Shown here: in pieces, positions 19,512-29,841 of the stretch
How positions within the stretch are numbered: position 1 is the first letter of the stretch
How the letters are laid out: the number at the start of each line of letters is the position of its first letter
Virus record (IMG/VR): IMGVR_UViG_3300005573_000055
Coordinates: 64,001-128,000 of that record
DNA: 64,000 bases
Direction: 5' to 3' (one strand)
DNA from: a virus
The notes under the pieces: generated by a model
Told to the model about the DNA's origin: nothing
What the model saw: only the letters and a program-made list of their open reading frames with translations
The model's database searches: none
Translations under genes and position numbers: made by a program

Positions 19512-19938
19512 TTGGGCCTCCTATGAGTTTTGATCGATTAATTAAAAAGACAGTTAAAGCTAAAAAGCTTACAAGTGCTGTAGTAACTGATAAGTATTTT
19601 ATCCAGATTAGAAGCCACAGTGAACTGCTATACTTAAGAAGTATTGCGGCAAGCAGAGAAACAGTCATTATAGCTATACTGATAAGCAAAGCTCTATTAT
19701 ACCTTTGCCGGCTTTGTTTGATATCTTTAGACAAAAGATCTCTGCATATAGCATTTAGTATTAATGAATAAGCCAATGCAGAAATGTTTATAATAAATAA
19801 AAGCAATAATATAAGTGTAGTCCACAGTATAAAACCAACACCATTGCTAAACATATAGCTTAAATACGTTAAAAAACCAGTAACAAACAGCAGCCAGCCT
19901 ATACCAGCAAAGACTTGTACTGTTATCTTACTGCTCAT
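19498..19938 (-). CDS. Four-TM membrane protein
   Basis: Four hydrophobic segments. Confidence 0.65.
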   Translation of the reverse strand: MSSKITVQVFAGIGWLLFVTGFLTYLSYMFSNGVGFILWTTLILLLLFIINISALAYSLILNAICRDLLSKDIKQSRQRYNRALLISIAIMTVSLLAAILLKYSSSLWLLIWIKYLSVTTALVSFLALTVFLINRSKLIGGPSDSN

Positions 19939-20341
19939 CGTGTGTCTCTAAACTGGTTTGCGGATTGCCTAAGAGATATTCTTTTTCAATTTGCTTTGTT
20001 TCTTTGTTATAATGAGATACACACACTGTTGCCGAAACAGGAATAATTCCTGATTCTATGTCTTTCTTTAATAATTCATACTCGTCTTTTGTTACCAATA
20101 CACCTGAAAAATCACCAACGCCAGAATTACTAACGGAAAAAGTACCATAAGGATTTGTAATTAATGTTCTTGTCCAAACTGCCATACCAGCTTCTACATT
20201 CCGCTCTTCACATACTGTTTCATCTGTATAGCCGCACTCAGAACAATATATGAGCTGATCACCTGTATCAGAATTATATTCGTTAGCGCATTTATATAAT
20301 CCGCATCGTGGACATTTCTCAATTGATGATATATGACTCAT
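19928..20341 (-). CDS. Zinc-ribbon protein; C-terminal half paralogous to 36244-36468
   Basis: CPRCG...CSECG; PYG...SG.L.T..EYELLK..I.SG...IEKEYLL shared with 36244-36468. Confidence 0.65.
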   Translation of the reverse strand: MSHISSIEKCPRCGLYKCANEYNSDTGDQLIYCSECGYTDETVCEERNVEAGMAVWTRTLITNPYGTFSVSNSGVGDFSGVLVTKDEYELLKKDIESGIIPVSATVCVSHYNKETKQIEKEYLLGNPQTSLETHDEQ

Positions 20342-20360
20342 ATTGTTTCTCCTTGTATAT

Positions 20361-21158
20361 TTAGGAAAAATACTTAACAAACCTTCTCCTCTGCCAGCTC
20401 TCGAAAACCTTTCTTAGGCCCAGTAGTTGCAATAAGCTATTAAGCCAAGTGTATGGTTCTTTAATGGAAAACTTGCCTGGATCACCTTGGTATAAAAACC
20501 TTACTTTAATGTTTAACCTACCAGCAAGTTTTGATAAGTATTTATAACGCAAGGAGCCATCAAATTTCAGTTGGCCATATATCCATATGGCATTAAGAAG
20601 ATTCCAGTATTTATGTTGGCCGAAGTAGCTTGAACATGCTATGATAATGCTGTTACCGTATGGCTTAATCATATCATGAAGCTTATTGATATTCCTTCTT
20701 GTGCCGTCAACAAACAAATGGCCATTTGATAGCTGCACTCTTTCCTTAAGTAAGTCAACTAGCTCTTCTTCCGAGAGAAGTTTGTTCTCAAGATAAGACT
20801 CAATTGGCTCGCCTAAATAATAGTAAAGTTTTACTTGACTACTTAGCTTGCTAAATTGACTAATTACTTCACGGTAGTTGTAGTTGGGATTGTTTTTCTC
20901 AATGCCCCTGTTGCCCAAACCTTGTGCAAAGTCAACAAGCATAAACTCAAAGCCAGCTTTTACTGCACATTCAAAGTTTTTAATCATTCTTGCCGTGTAA
21001 GATGAAATATCATCTCCATCTTTCCACATAGTTCTAACGATAATGCCATTGAAGCCTTGAGATCTTAGCTTGCGTAGAGTTTCAAGGTCGAAATCAATCC
21101 AGTAATCTGGCAACCATATTCCCATGATGGTTGCTTTATCGTTATTTGCATTACACAT
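20361..21158 (-). CDS. Hypothetical protein (possible glycoside-hydrolase-like barrel)
   Basis: LRSQGFNGIIVR...AVKAGFEF...YYYLGEP pattern is suggestive only. Confidence 0.45.
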   Translation of the reverse strand: MCNANNDKATIMGIWLPDYWIDFDLETLRKLRSQGFNGIIVRTMWKDGDDISSYTARMIKNFECAVKAGFEFMLVDFAQGLGNRGIEKNNPNYNYREVISQFSKLSSQVKLYYYLGEPIESYLENKLLSEEELVDLLKERVQLSNGHLFVDGTRRNINKLHDMIKPYGNSIIIACSSYFGQHKYWNLLNAIWIYGQLKFDGSLRYKYLSKLAGRLNIKVRFLYQGDPGKFSIKEPYTWLNSLLQLLGLRKVFESWQRRRFVKYFS

Positions 21159-21176
21159 ACTTCCGGAGACAATAAT

Positions 21177-21572
21177 TTATTCTTCAAACATTCTAGCAAC
21201 TTCTTCAAGCGCAAACCAGGCTAAGCCATTTCTGATGGTATATGAAGTATCGCTTTTGTCTCGTGTATATAAAGCTAGTCCTATATCATTGTCGCTTAGG
21301 TTTAAATCTTTAAGACAGTTAAAGTTCCTAATTAACTCAAATAAGCTAGTGCCTATCCCACTTGCAAGCTCTTCTGCGAGTTTTAGGATTTGTTTTTTAT
21401 GTCTGTTGAAAAATCTATTTGTATCATCATAATAAATAAAACCATCAAAGCCAGTATCTGCCCCATGTTCTAGAACGTCTGGAATTGATTCTTTACCTAC
21501 TTGTCTTATGACTGCTTTGATTAGTGATTCATATTCTTTGTTCTCAGCTAAGACTTGCTTTAGTGTTTTCAT
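21177..21572 (-). CDS. Phage-type hypothetical protein
   Basis: HGADTGFDGFIYYDDT..FF...LAWFALEEVA. Confidence 0.6.
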   Translation of the reverse strand: MKTLKQVLAENKEYESLIKAVIRQVGKESIPDVLEHGADTGFDGFIYYDDTNRFFNRHKKQILKLAEELASGIGTSLFELIRNFNCLKDLNLSDNDIGLALYTRDKSDTSYTIRNGLAWFALEEVARMFEE

Positions 21573-21609
21573 TTCTTATCTCCTTTATTAAACTAGGTTA
21601 GTTAAACAT

Positions 21610-22188
21610 TTATGTTGTGCATATCTCTGTATAGCCACGGAGTACTGAAGCTCCAAGCTCTCCTTCGGGAAGCGGAGTATCACAGTGCTTGATGTTGTAA
21701 TCTGGCAATTTAGATTCGAGCACTCCATCTTTAGTGTAGACAAATATCTTTCTTTTATTGCCTGGACCATAGTCAACATAGTCATTTTCAATTTCTGCCG
21801 AAAAAACAGCATAGATATTCCAATGATGTGGCTCAGAAAGCAAAGAATGTTGCGCATATACAGGAATGGTTTTAATTTCCATAGAAACATTATATCCTTG
21901 CTCGACGAGTGCTTTAGCTATTTTCGATTTGTCAAGAATTTGCTGAAAAGTAAGGCCTAGCTCTTCCAAGTTATTATTAACTGCATTAGAAAATGCTTCA
22001 ATTGATTTGAGTTTGTAATCCTCCGGGAAATCCTGAAAGCTATTGGTGTACATCTTAATTCTATTATTGTAAACGCTCTTGATCTTTACAGCCTCTACTA
22101 TTTCGTGCGACTGAAAGACCTTAATACCTTGAGCTTCAGCATTGTCTTTCGAGAAGTTGCACAGCTTGTAGAATTCTTCTCTTGTCAT
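21610..22188 (-). CDS. Hypothetical protein
   Basis: 192-aa ORF with GGAGG RBS. Confidence 0.6.
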   Translation of the reverse strand: MTREEFYKLCNFSKDNAEAQGIKVFQSHEIVEAVKIKSVYNNRIKMYTNSFQDFPEDYKLKSIEAFSNAVNNNLEELGLTFQQILDKSKIAKALVEQGYNVSMEIKTIPVYAQHSLLSEPHHWNIYAVFSAEIENDYVDYGPGNKRKIFVYTKDGVLESKLPDYNIKHCDTPLPEGELGASVLRGYTEICTT

Positions 22189-22202
22189 AAGCCCTCCGGT
22201 TT

Positions 22203-22700
22203 TTAATAAATTAGCTTTCCTTGCTCGATAAGCTTTTCAGCTTTACTTCTTAGTTTACCATCAAGGAGTTCAAGCAGCCTTACAGCTTTTTCTCCATGTC
22301 TCTCGTAAGAATCAATCAACAACTGAATATTACAGTAATCTCGCGTAGTAAAGTTTGACTTCCTTAGCTTTTCTTCAAGTTCACACAACTCTTGCTGACT
22401 TTGTATTGCATCAATTCCCCTTGCTAAATCTTGAGGTATATCATCATCAATCGTAACATATCTTCCAAACTTGTAGCTTTGAAGATCTTCAAAAGATGTT
22501 ATCTCATCGCACCAATAATTGCCTATCTTTGAACTACCATTCATTCCTTTAGCAGAGTTTTTTACCATTTCAGGAATGTTTTGCTTTGTGATGGTAAAAT
22601 TCGATCCGCCACTGAAAGTACTATAGTGATAGCATTTGTAATTCAGTTTTAGCAATTGATCAAAGATGTTCTTTGGTAAGAGACTTCTCTTAATGTACAT
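22203..22700 (-). CDS. Hypothetical protein
   Basis: AGGAGG RBS. Confidence 0.6.
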   Translation of the reverse strand: MYIKRSLLPKNIFDQLLKLNYKCYHYSTFSGGSNFTITKQNIPEMVKNSAKGMNGSSKIGNYWCDEITSFEDLQSYKFGRYVTIDDDIPQDLARGIDAIQSQQELCELEEKLRKSNFTTRDYCNIQLLIDSYERHGEKAVRLLELLDGKLRSKAEKLIEQGKLIY

Positions 22701-22718
22701 TTTACCTCCTATTTATGT

Positions 22719-22979
22719 CTATTTATGTTTAAACTCTTCTTCAATTTTTTCAGCAACTTCCAGTAATTCTTCTTCATCCAGAAACATCTGAACCAAATCG
22801 TCGCCTGCATAGTCAATTTGAAATAACATATATTCATTTTTGTCTAACTTAAATCCTCTCAATATTGTTGTTGAATCCAAGTCCTTTGTAAGAATCTCCT
22901 GCTTTGATTTCATGTCGCACACCATGTTATAAAGTGTGGTTGCGTCTACTGAAATTTCAGGCTCTAGTTCCCTATCCAT
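22719..22979 (-). CDS. Hypothetical acidic protein
   Basis: AGGAGG RBS. Confidence 0.6.
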   Translation of the reverse strand: MDRELEPEISVDATTLYNMVCDMKSKQEILTKDLDSTTILRGFKLDKNEYMLFQIDYAGDDLVQMFLDEEELLEVAEKIEEEFKHK

Positions 22980-23190
22980 TTTCCCTCCTATGAACTTGTT
23001 TGACTATTGTTTTCATCTTTTTTGATAAACCGTTTGTAAAAATCTTCAGATTGAACGTAATTGTCAACCATGGCTTTAAGAGTCCTTAATCGCCTATTTG
23101 CAGCTCTATAATAAACAACAATAAACAACGACTATGCTAGCGATTATCCCATATGCAAAGACAAGAGCTATTACTGTCATTTCTGTCATT

Positions 23191-23730
23191 TTAAAATTCA
23201 TACTGATCTTGACGTGGTATTTCAACCAAATAGATGAAATAATTCTTACGTTTAATAGCTGATTCAAAATGTGAAATTTCATAGTTTGGAAAGTTTTTCT
23301 TAACCTGCCGTATTGTATCTTTAATTACCTGATTTGGCGCGTTAGTAAGGAACATAACGGTTATAATTTCTCTACCTTCAGTCCACCAAAGTTCTATCAT
23401 GCGGAGCTTGTTCTTATTGTCTTGATCTCTGTTCTCTGCTGTATCACCAAGTTTGGATAGCACAAATGTATCTTCATCTGAGACTGTTATCTTTATAAGA
23501 GAACGCCATATCAAGTTAAATGCTTCCTCGAAATCTTCGAATGTAGGATTATCTTTCGTCTTTTTAAGATGAGATACTATAACACCTATCTCTTCATTCG
23601 GCATATTTGTAAGATATACACGGTTCATAAGACCGCCGTCTCCCATATCACACAGCACTTCAATAAAATGATAGGGCTTAAAGGTGTCATCAAGTATTTC
23701 TTTGTATTCATTAATATTTTCTTTCTTCAT
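23191..23730 (-). CDS. Hypothetical protein with internal duplication
   Basis: YLTNMPNE / FLTNAPNQ repeated halves. Confidence 0.6.
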   Translation of the reverse strand: MKKENINEYKEILDDTFKPYHFIEVLCDMGDGGLMNRVYLTNMPNEEIGVIVSHLKKTKDNPTFEDFEEAFNLIWRSLIKITVSDEDTFVLSKLGDTAENRDQDNKNKLRMIELWWTEGREIITVMFLTNAPNQVIKDTIRQVKKNFPNYEISHFESAIKRKNYFIYLVEIPRQDQYEF

Positions 23731-23905
23731 TTTCTTGTTTCTCCACATTTTGGTTTTCTTCTCTTGTAGCTGCTTTCCATGCTGCTTTAGACAGATCGGA
23801 AAACATCGGCAATAGAAACATAATCCACAAAATTCCCAAGGGGCCTATAAGTATTGCTGGCGCTATGGCCAGTAGCACAGCTATCAGAATTCCAAGTTTT
23901 CTCAT
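23711..23905 (-). CDS. Small membrane protein
   Basis: Hydrophobic N-terminal half; GGAG RBS. Confidence 0.5.
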   Translation of the reverse strand: MRKLGILIAVLLAIAPAILIGPLGILWIMFLLPMFSDLSKAAWKAATREENQNVEKQENEERKY

Positions 23906-23919
23906 ATATTTATCTCCTT

Positions 23920-24615
23920 TTAAGTTAGTTCTCTTTCAAGTAAAGATTTTATCAGACTTTCAAGCTCTAAGATATCCATTTGTAGTTTTTCTTTGTCTTT
24001 TGGAATTTGCTTTCTATCTGACAATGAAAAATCTATTAGAGGAGTATCTCTGTCCATCGAAGCCCACAGTTTCTCGAAGCTTTCCTCGTCGATATTCTCA
24101 TATTCTTTGCCAAACTGCGATTCAACACATGAATAATCTAGTTGATGAATCGTATGTTCCTCGCTATCGACTTGTATCTTAAATTCACTTAGTATCGAGC
24201 GAACTTTGGATGACTCAGAGACATAGTATATACAACAATCACCAGGCTGATAATTTTCTTTCACAATAAACATCTCATCTGAGTATTTAGCGGTAGTCCT
24301 ATTATCTCCAATAGATGACTTCATTCTCTGATACAGTTTTTCCAAGTATTCAACAGCCTTTTGTTTATTTGAAAAAGGTATACTAGCAGGATACGTGGTT
24401 AATTCAAAATATGGTTCGCTGTAATGAAACTCTTCATAGACTTTATATCTTGTAAATTCCTGCCTTATAAATCTCTTACCTTTGAAATACTGAGTGCCTG
24501 GAATTAGGTTTAGTATTTCCTTTTTAAGATCATGAAACTTTACAGTATATTCAAAGGGAAGGGCGTTGATATTGTATCTATTGATATCGACAAGCAGTCT
24601 TAATATCTTTTCCAT
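23920..24615 (-). CDS. Hypothetical protein
   Basis: 231-aa ORF coupled to the upstream gene. Confidence 0.55.
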   Translation of the reverse strand: MEKILRLLVDINRYNINALPFEYTVKFHDLKKEILNLIPGTQYFKGKRFIRQEFTRYKVYEEFHYSEPYFELTTYPASIPFSNKQKAVEYLEKLYQRMKSSIGDNRTTAKYSDEMFIVKENYQPGDCCIYYVSESSKVRSILSEFKIQVDSEEHTIHQLDYSCVESQFGKEYENIDEESFEKLWASMDRDTPLIDFSLSDRKQIPKDKEKLQMDILELESLIKSLLERELT

Positions 24616-25004
24616 TATAAATCTTCCTTTCGATCAATGATTTTATTAACTCTATTTTTTAACAACAAATACCTTTCTAATGTCTTTACTTTTTTAGCAG
24701 ACTCACTTTCTAAAATATATTCTCTCGGCACAACTTTATCGGCACATGGACTAATCTTATCTTCAAATTGTGAACGAGTTAAATCTATTTCCTCTCCGTT
24801 TGGCAACCGGTTCCAATAGTGATGATAATGCACACAGCATAAAATCTCTCCACCAAAAAAGTCTTGTATAATCAAGGCAGTAACTGCACACTGACCGAAA
24901 GCAGGATTTTGATTATTCCATTTTTCTTGGTCAGGTAAATAACAAGTTTCTTTAGACCAAGCCTTTTTTAAGGCATCTTCTAATAGCTTAATACTAATAT
25001 CCAT
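24615..25004 (-). CDS. YunG-like protein
   Basis: AWSKET...NPAFGQCAVTALIIQDFFGGEI...HYWNRL..G.EIDLT.SQF. Confidence 0.75.
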   Translation of the reverse strand: MDISIKLLEDALKKAWSKETCYLPDQEKWNNQNPAFGQCAVTALIIQDFFGGEILCCVHYHHYWNRLPNGEEIDLTRSQFEDKISPCADKVVPREYILESESAKKVKTLERYLLLKNRVNKIIDRKEDL

Positions 25005-25039
25005 ACTGTTTTATCTCCTTTTTAAGATAAGAAAAAACG

Positions 25040-25588
25040 TTATAGAGTATACTTGCTATAAAGCAAATCTATTGCATATTTCATATCATCTCCAAAGAGA
25101 AGTCCCAGTTGGCTTTCCATTTCTTCAAGCATTAAGGGATTTGGAATGCAAAACTTTGACACAATGAGCATATCATATACTCCAAACTGTATGTCTTTTT
25201 CGAGGAATAAGACTGGCATGTTGCCTATAAAATCCATATTGTCTGATACTCTTTGAAGATCAAAGCAATATCTATTACCATCATCAGGATATATACTATA
25301 TATCTTATAGCCGCATAGACTGATCTTTGGCAATTTGTAAAGCATTTGCTTAATTTCAAAGTCTTTGCTAGACTTAGTGTTTAAGATAATACTTAGTCCC
25401 CGTTTTTCTTTGTTCTCGACAATTTGCAGCAAATTACTTCTCTTCTTAAGCTTTAGATCATAGAATGTATTAGAGGATGGATCAAAGAGATACTTGCCAC
25501 TGACAATAGACATTGTCTTTGAGCCAATTAAGTATTTGTCGAGCACGGGGAAATAACAATTATCTTTAAGGTCTATGTTTACCGACAT
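25040..25588 (-). CDS. Hypothetical protein
   Basis: 182-aa ORF. Confidence 0.55.
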   Translation of the reverse strand: MSVNIDLKDNCYFPVLDKYLIGSKTMSIVSGKYLFDPSSNTFYDLKLKKRSNLLQIVENKEKRGLSIILNTKSSKDFEIKQMLYKLPKISLCGYKIYSIYPDDGNRYCFDLQRVSDNMDFIGNMPVLFLEKDIQFGVYDMLIVSKFCIPNPLMLEEMESQLGLLFGDDMKYAIDLLYSKYTL

Positions 25589-25594
25589 GATGCT

Positions 25595-25927
25595 TTACCA
25601 TTTTTGTAATTCTTCAAGTGGATCTTTGTGTTCCCAACTATTAGCAGGAACTTTTGATATTTCAAGCTTGCTGCCAAACATCCTTTTAGCTTTTCCTAAA
25701 TACTCTTCCCATGTTTCCGTATTTACATATTGACTATAATTATCCCACTTTTTAAGCTGTGGATGTTCAGCCAAGATAAACTCTTTGCAGAATTGAGAAG
25801 CCCGTGGCAATTGATGCGTAAATAAGCTGTCATCAAGCATATAGTTCAAGATTGCATAGATGTTATCCATGCTTGTTAGCAATTTTCCGTGAGTAACACT
25901 TAAGATTGTTCCAATGTCAAATTTCAT
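25595..25927 (-). CDS. Phage-type hypothetical protein
   Basis: ILSVTHGKLL...IYAILNYM...LFTHQLPRA...HPQL. Confidence 0.6.
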   Translation of the reverse strand: MKFDIGTILSVTHGKLLTSMDNIYAILNYMLDDSLFTHQLPRASQFCKEFILAEHPQLKKWDNYSQYVNTETWEEYLGKAKRMFGSKLEISKVPANSWEHKDPLEELQKW

Positions 25928-25948
25928 CTTTCCCCCATTATTTATTAG

Positions 25949-26257
25949 CTAACCTCCTTGAGTAGTCAGTGAAAGTTCTGAATCTATAGAGCTTATTTCC
26001 TCTTTGATAAGACCTTCGATATCTTGATTGTAGATCATTCTCATCTTGCAGACATCGTAAACTATATAATTGTCAAACATTCCTTCAATTGGAATATTGC
26101 CGTCAGATGATATGAATATACTATCACCAAAGGTTTCTTTTAACCTATTAGTCAGCTGGCGAATGAACTCAAGAGCCTTTGTTCTACTGTAGAACGCACA
26201 GTCAAGAAAGCCTATCTTACTGTTAGTTTCTTTTCTGATAAGATAAATCTTCTTCAA
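25949..26257 (-). CDS. Hypothetical protein
   Basis: Co-oriented ORF. Confidence 0.5.
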   Translation of the reverse strand: MKKIYLIRKETNSKIGFLDCAFYSRTKALEFIRQLTNRLKETFGDSIFISSDGNIPIEGMFDNYIVYDVCKMRMIYNQDIEGLIKEEISSIDSELSLTTQGG

Positions 26258-26793
26258 GTTGATGTCTCCTCTATTGTTCTAAAATTACTTAAGTTATTTA
26301 TTGCGTAAAAAGTAATCATAATTGCATCAGCAATGTCTTGTGTCAAGTCTTTTTTCTTGATTTCAGTGTTTTTCTTTACATACCTAAGCGCATCTTTCTT
26401 GATGTTCTTAAAGCCAAAGTATTTTCCCCACTGACGAGCATCAACGTAGTGAATTTCATAGTCAAATCCTGCATGAACTGAAGCATATTCTATGGCATTT
26501 AGAGTAGCTTCCAGTGCTCTTGCGGCGGAAATGGATGCTCTAAATCGAACATTATTTATCATAGGCCGCTCAATGGCTATGACTACATAGACAGGTTTAT
26601 CATAATTATCAACTGCACTTGCAATAAGACTGCTTAGAGCAAGTGCATTGATTCTTTGGATGTTGCTTTTCTTCTTGGTATAGTTTCTTTCAGTATAAAC
26701 AGGCATTTTAGAATACTCAATTATCTTGCTGCCGTCGCTTATAACTATAGCGCCAGTTACTCCATTGTCGATGCCAATGTAAAGGATATTCAT
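26254..26793 (-). CDS. RuvC-like Holliday junction resolvase
   Basis: YIGIDNGVTGAI; IAIERP; V.ARQW; DIADAIMI. Confidence 0.85.
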   Translation of the reverse strand: MNILYIGIDNGVTGAIVISDGSKIIEYSKMPVYTERNYTKKKSNIQRINALALSSLIASAVDNYDKPVYVVIAIERPMINNVRFRASISAARALEATLNAIEYASVHAGFDYEIHYVDARQWGKYFGFKNIKKDALRYVKKNTEIKKKDLTQDIADAIMITFYAINNLSNFRTIEETST

Positions 26794-26796
26794 GTT

Positions 26797-27246
26797 TTAC
26801 CTTTTGTTTTTAGTAGACATAATAAAGCTATCAATTGACACTGCTGGTTCTTCAACCTGAATGGAGTTCTTAAAAACAGTATCAACAATTACTTCAATAG
26901 TAAACTTATTTGTCTCATACTCCTTGACAAGCGCAAATGCAGGATTTAACTCCTCCATAGCGCTTGAATCAATAAAGTCAATAATGTGTTTATCTTTTAT
27001 GTAATCAACATCATTGAACATTGCCTTAAGGGATTTTCTTCTCTTAATGACAATAAATCCCACAGAACGCCAATTCATTTCCTCATTGTAAAATCCTATA
27101 TCAAACACTAAAGCTGAGCCACCTTTAGATCTTTCGTCTACTCTTTTCTCAAGTAGTACTTTTTTCCCAGTAGGACTTATGAGATAAACTCTAGGAATAC
27201 ACAGCGATAGGAAAAGTAATTCCCTTACTGAAGTGCTTTCTGACAT
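26797..27246 (-). CDS. Hypothetical protein
   Basis: GGAG RBS; 149 aa. Confidence 0.55.
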   Translation of the reverse strand: MSESTSVRELLFLSLCIPRVYLISPTGKKVLLEKRVDERSKGGSALVFDIGFYNEEMNWRSVGFIVIKRRKSLKAMFNDVDYIKDKHIIDFIDSSAMEELNPAFALVKEYETNKFTIEVIVDTVFKNSIQVEEPAVSIDSFIMSTKNKR

Positions 27247-27261
27247 ATATTGTCTCCAGAA

Positions 27262-27486
27262 TTAAACTGATGCGGATAAAGAGGTTTGCTTTTGTGGTTG
27301 TGAAGATTTCTTTATAGATAATACTTTGTAGCTGATATTGCATTCATCAAGATAAGCCTGAACATCTTCGAATTTCTTATCTGCAAGATGATCATATCCA
27401 AAGGAAGTAAAAGTAACAGTGCCATCTTTGATGATAAGAAATTCAAGACGTCCATTGTTGCGGAAAATAACTAATTGTTTATCCAC
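27262..27486 (-). CDS. Hypothetical protein
   Basis: Co-oriented small ORF. Confidence 0.45.
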   Translation of the reverse strand: MDKQLVIFRNNGRLEFLIIKDGTVTFTSFGYDHLADKKFEDVQAYLDECNISYKVLSIKKSSQPQKQTSLSASV

Positions 27487-27769
27487 CTACTATCACTCCT
27501 CTACTAGTTTCAATTTTTGTTAATCGTTTTTCTGTTATATAAAATAGTAACGTAGTAGCTATATTAGCGGCAACGAAGGCAAGTGCAGGCTGTAACACCA
27601 GTAACAAGACAAATGCTATACCTAAATACGTGAAAATATACAGCATGAAGATATAGAAGTAGCAGTAAATCATATAGAATGCAAACTTTAATCCTAAAAG
27701 GAAAAAGCTAAAGAACTGCTTAATTTTTAGTAAAAGCTTTTTTACCATTGTGATTAGCTTCACTTTCAA
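27479..27769 (-). CDS. Small membrane protein
   Basis: Long hydrophobic stretch. Confidence 0.5.
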   Translation of the reverse strand: MKVKLITMVKKLLLKIKQFFSFFLLGLKFAFYMIYCYFYIFMLYIFTYLGIAFVLLLVLQPALAFVAANIATTLLFYITEKRLTKIETSRGVIVGG

Positions 27770-27911
27770 CCTCCTTGGTTTGTTTATTATTTGTTGTATA
27801 TTGCGGGCAAAAGAGTACTTTTGCGCCGGAAGTGACTATGATCTTGCACTTGTTAGCGCATTTTAAACATAGTTCAGCTACCTTCATCGAAGGATATTTC
27901 TCTGCTGACAT
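27720..27911 (-). CDS. Small Cys-rich protein
   Basis: CLKCANKC...CPQY; AGGAG RBS. Confidence 0.5.
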   Translation of the reverse strand: MSAEKYPSMKVAELCLKCANKCKIIVTSGAKVLFCPQYTTNNKQTKEVESEANHNGKKAFTKN

Positions 27912-27968
27912 AAAAACTCCTTGAGAAATGTTAATCGAATGGTTTGAAAAGCGCAGGTATTGTTTTAG

Positions 27969-28175
27969 TTATTCTTTTCTATCAGCTTTTTTGTCATCAT
28001 GCTTACTATCAAAGAGCTTGTTAGCTTTAATAGTAAGCTCTTCGCCGGCAGGATTTTTAAATACATAAATCACATCACCAGTGTCAACTTCTACATCTTC
28101 GCCGATATACTTATATCCTCTTTGCTCTAAGGCTATCTTAAGAGAGTTAATTAACTTTTCAACGTTTTTATCCAT
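27969..28175 (-). CDS. Hypothetical protein
   Basis: AAGGAG RBS. Confidence 0.55.
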   Translation of the reverse strand: MDKNVEKLINSLKIALEQRGYKYIGEDVEVDTGDVIYVFKNPAGEELTIKANKLFDSKHDDKKADRKE

Positions 28176-28194
28176 ATTTTATAACTCCTTTATT

Positions 28195-29841
28195 TTATTT
28201 ATCTAAATGCCAATCTACAAGTTTAGCTGCTCGGCCTTCGTGGCCTTTAAATCCAGCAACCTTAGCCACACGGCCGATGTACTGATCTTTATTCTCCATA
28301 ATGTCAAGAACTGTATCATAGTTGCCAACCTGACCTGGTCCAAGCTTAAATCTTTTGCCTGACTCTAAAGATCTACACCACATAACACCTGCGATAGCAC
28401 CTTTGTCAGTGATTCTAAAGTCAATGTCTTCAACTATCCAATCAAAAAGATCTTCACGCCACTTGATCTTAAAACCATTAATAATGGAATCACCAAAGCC
28501 AGTAGCAACAAGCCCTTCCATAGAACGATCATCTATATCGGTAAGCTCAACTACTTTGAGAATATCTGGCTTAAGAAGAGCAACTTTCTCTTGGAATTTT
28601 CTATTCTCAAAGAAGGGAGCATCATAAAGCTTTAAGTTTCCATATTTATCTACGCGATAGAGCCTAATTTCTGGCTGGACATTATCAGGTCTAAGCGAGT
28701 TGGAGTTTAGTATTCCGCCAATTTCATGGGCTGGAATATATCCTCCGGGAATAATGCCAAAATACTTCTTCCGGAAGAGAAGCTCTCCCATAGCTTTAAT
28801 CTCTTTCTCAGAAGAAACATCTGCCAATTCCCAGACTTTAGGTGTATATTCTATCCTTCGGCCCGTAGTTTTACTTATTCGCGGGGAATAGATTCTTGTG
28901 CCTTTCTTTGTAGTCCAGACGTAACAACTAGCTCCATCATATTTCTTAGTAATTGTCGCCGGATCAATTTTCTTCTCAAACTCGCTAACAGTATCAATGA
29001 GCTTTAAGTGCAATCTATCTTCAAACCTAACATCAGGATTAGTCTTAAAGCCCCAAACAGCGATAGGAGTCTTGCCATCATAAAGTTTATGGATGTATAT
29101 AGTATTATCAGGATCCAGCTGTGGGATATACATTTCTGCAGTTTCACCTTTTCCGCCGGAAATCTTCATAATCAAAGCATCTCCTTCAAGGACCTTCTGT
29201 CTAGTAAAACCACTACCATAGCCTTGACTTAGACTGCCGTTAAAGAACTCAAAAGAAGCCTCACTTTTAGAATGGTCAATATTTTGAGGAACTCTCGAGC
29301 GATTACTAATCTCTTCCCGCAAAAATGCAATAAGCTCTTTCTTGGAAGTTTCAGTCAAATGTCCATCTCTATTAAACTTAATTTTACTTTCCACAGGCTT
29401 ACCAGATACTCTTACAATGAAAGAAGTGCCATTTCCAAAATGCACATCAAGGTGTTTGCCTGCTCTACTGGCATCATGATAGACAACAACAAAGCTTGTT
29501 TTTCCCTTAGAAGAAAACCAGCTTCTTCTGCCAAGAAAGAGGTGAGACTCATTTATGTTATGCATCCTAATTACTTTCATTGCAGCCAGATCAACAATAC
29601 TAAAAGCAACCATAAAGCCAAAGCTTTCGCCTAAACGCTCGGCAAAGTGTCTTCCATCCCCCTTTTTCGCCCGAAAAATAAACGCTCCCTTCCTTGCAAC
29701 CCTCAAAGCCTTAACAAGCTTTCCAACAGGAAGTAAACCAACAAAATTCCAAAAACTAAGCCTTCCTAAACCTAAAGACCTACTTCCCTGGCCAACAACA
29801 ATACTAAACTCCTCTAAGAATTTCACTTTTCCTCCTTGCAT
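28195..29841 (-). CDS. ATP-dependent DNA ligase fused to a LigD-type 3'-phosphoesterase domain
   Basis: PE-like VVVYHDASRAGKHLDV, IDHS, GYGSG; ligase motif I KKYDG, MGEL, EGLV, FKIK; C-terminal OB-like region. Confidence 0.75.
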   Translation of the reverse strand: MQGGKVKFLEEFSIVVGQGSRSLGLGRLSFWNFVGLLPVGKLVKALRVARKGAFIFRAKKGDGRHFAERLGESFGFMVAFSIVDLAAMKVIRMHNINESHLFLGRRSWFSSKGKTSFVVVYHDASRAGKHLDVHFGNGTSFIVRVSGKPVESKIKFNRDGHLTETSKKELIAFLREEISNRSRVPQNIDHSKSEASFEFFNGSLSQGYGSGFTRQKVLEGDALIMKISGGKGETAEMYIPQLDPDNTIYIHKLYDGKTPIAVWGFKTNPDVRFEDRLHLKLIDTVSEFEKKIDPATITKKYDGASCYVWTTKKGTRIYSPRISKTTGRRIEYTPKVWELADVSSEKEIKAMGELLFRKKYFGIIPGGYIPAHEIGGILNSNSLRPDNVQPEIRLYRVDKYGNLKLYDAPFFENRKFQEKVALLKPDILKVVELTDIDDRSMEGLVATGFGDSIINGFKIKWREDLFDWIVEDIDFRITDKGAIAGVMWCRSLESGKRFKLGPGQVGNYDTVLDIMENKDQYIGRVAKVAGFKGHEGRAAKLVDWHLDK

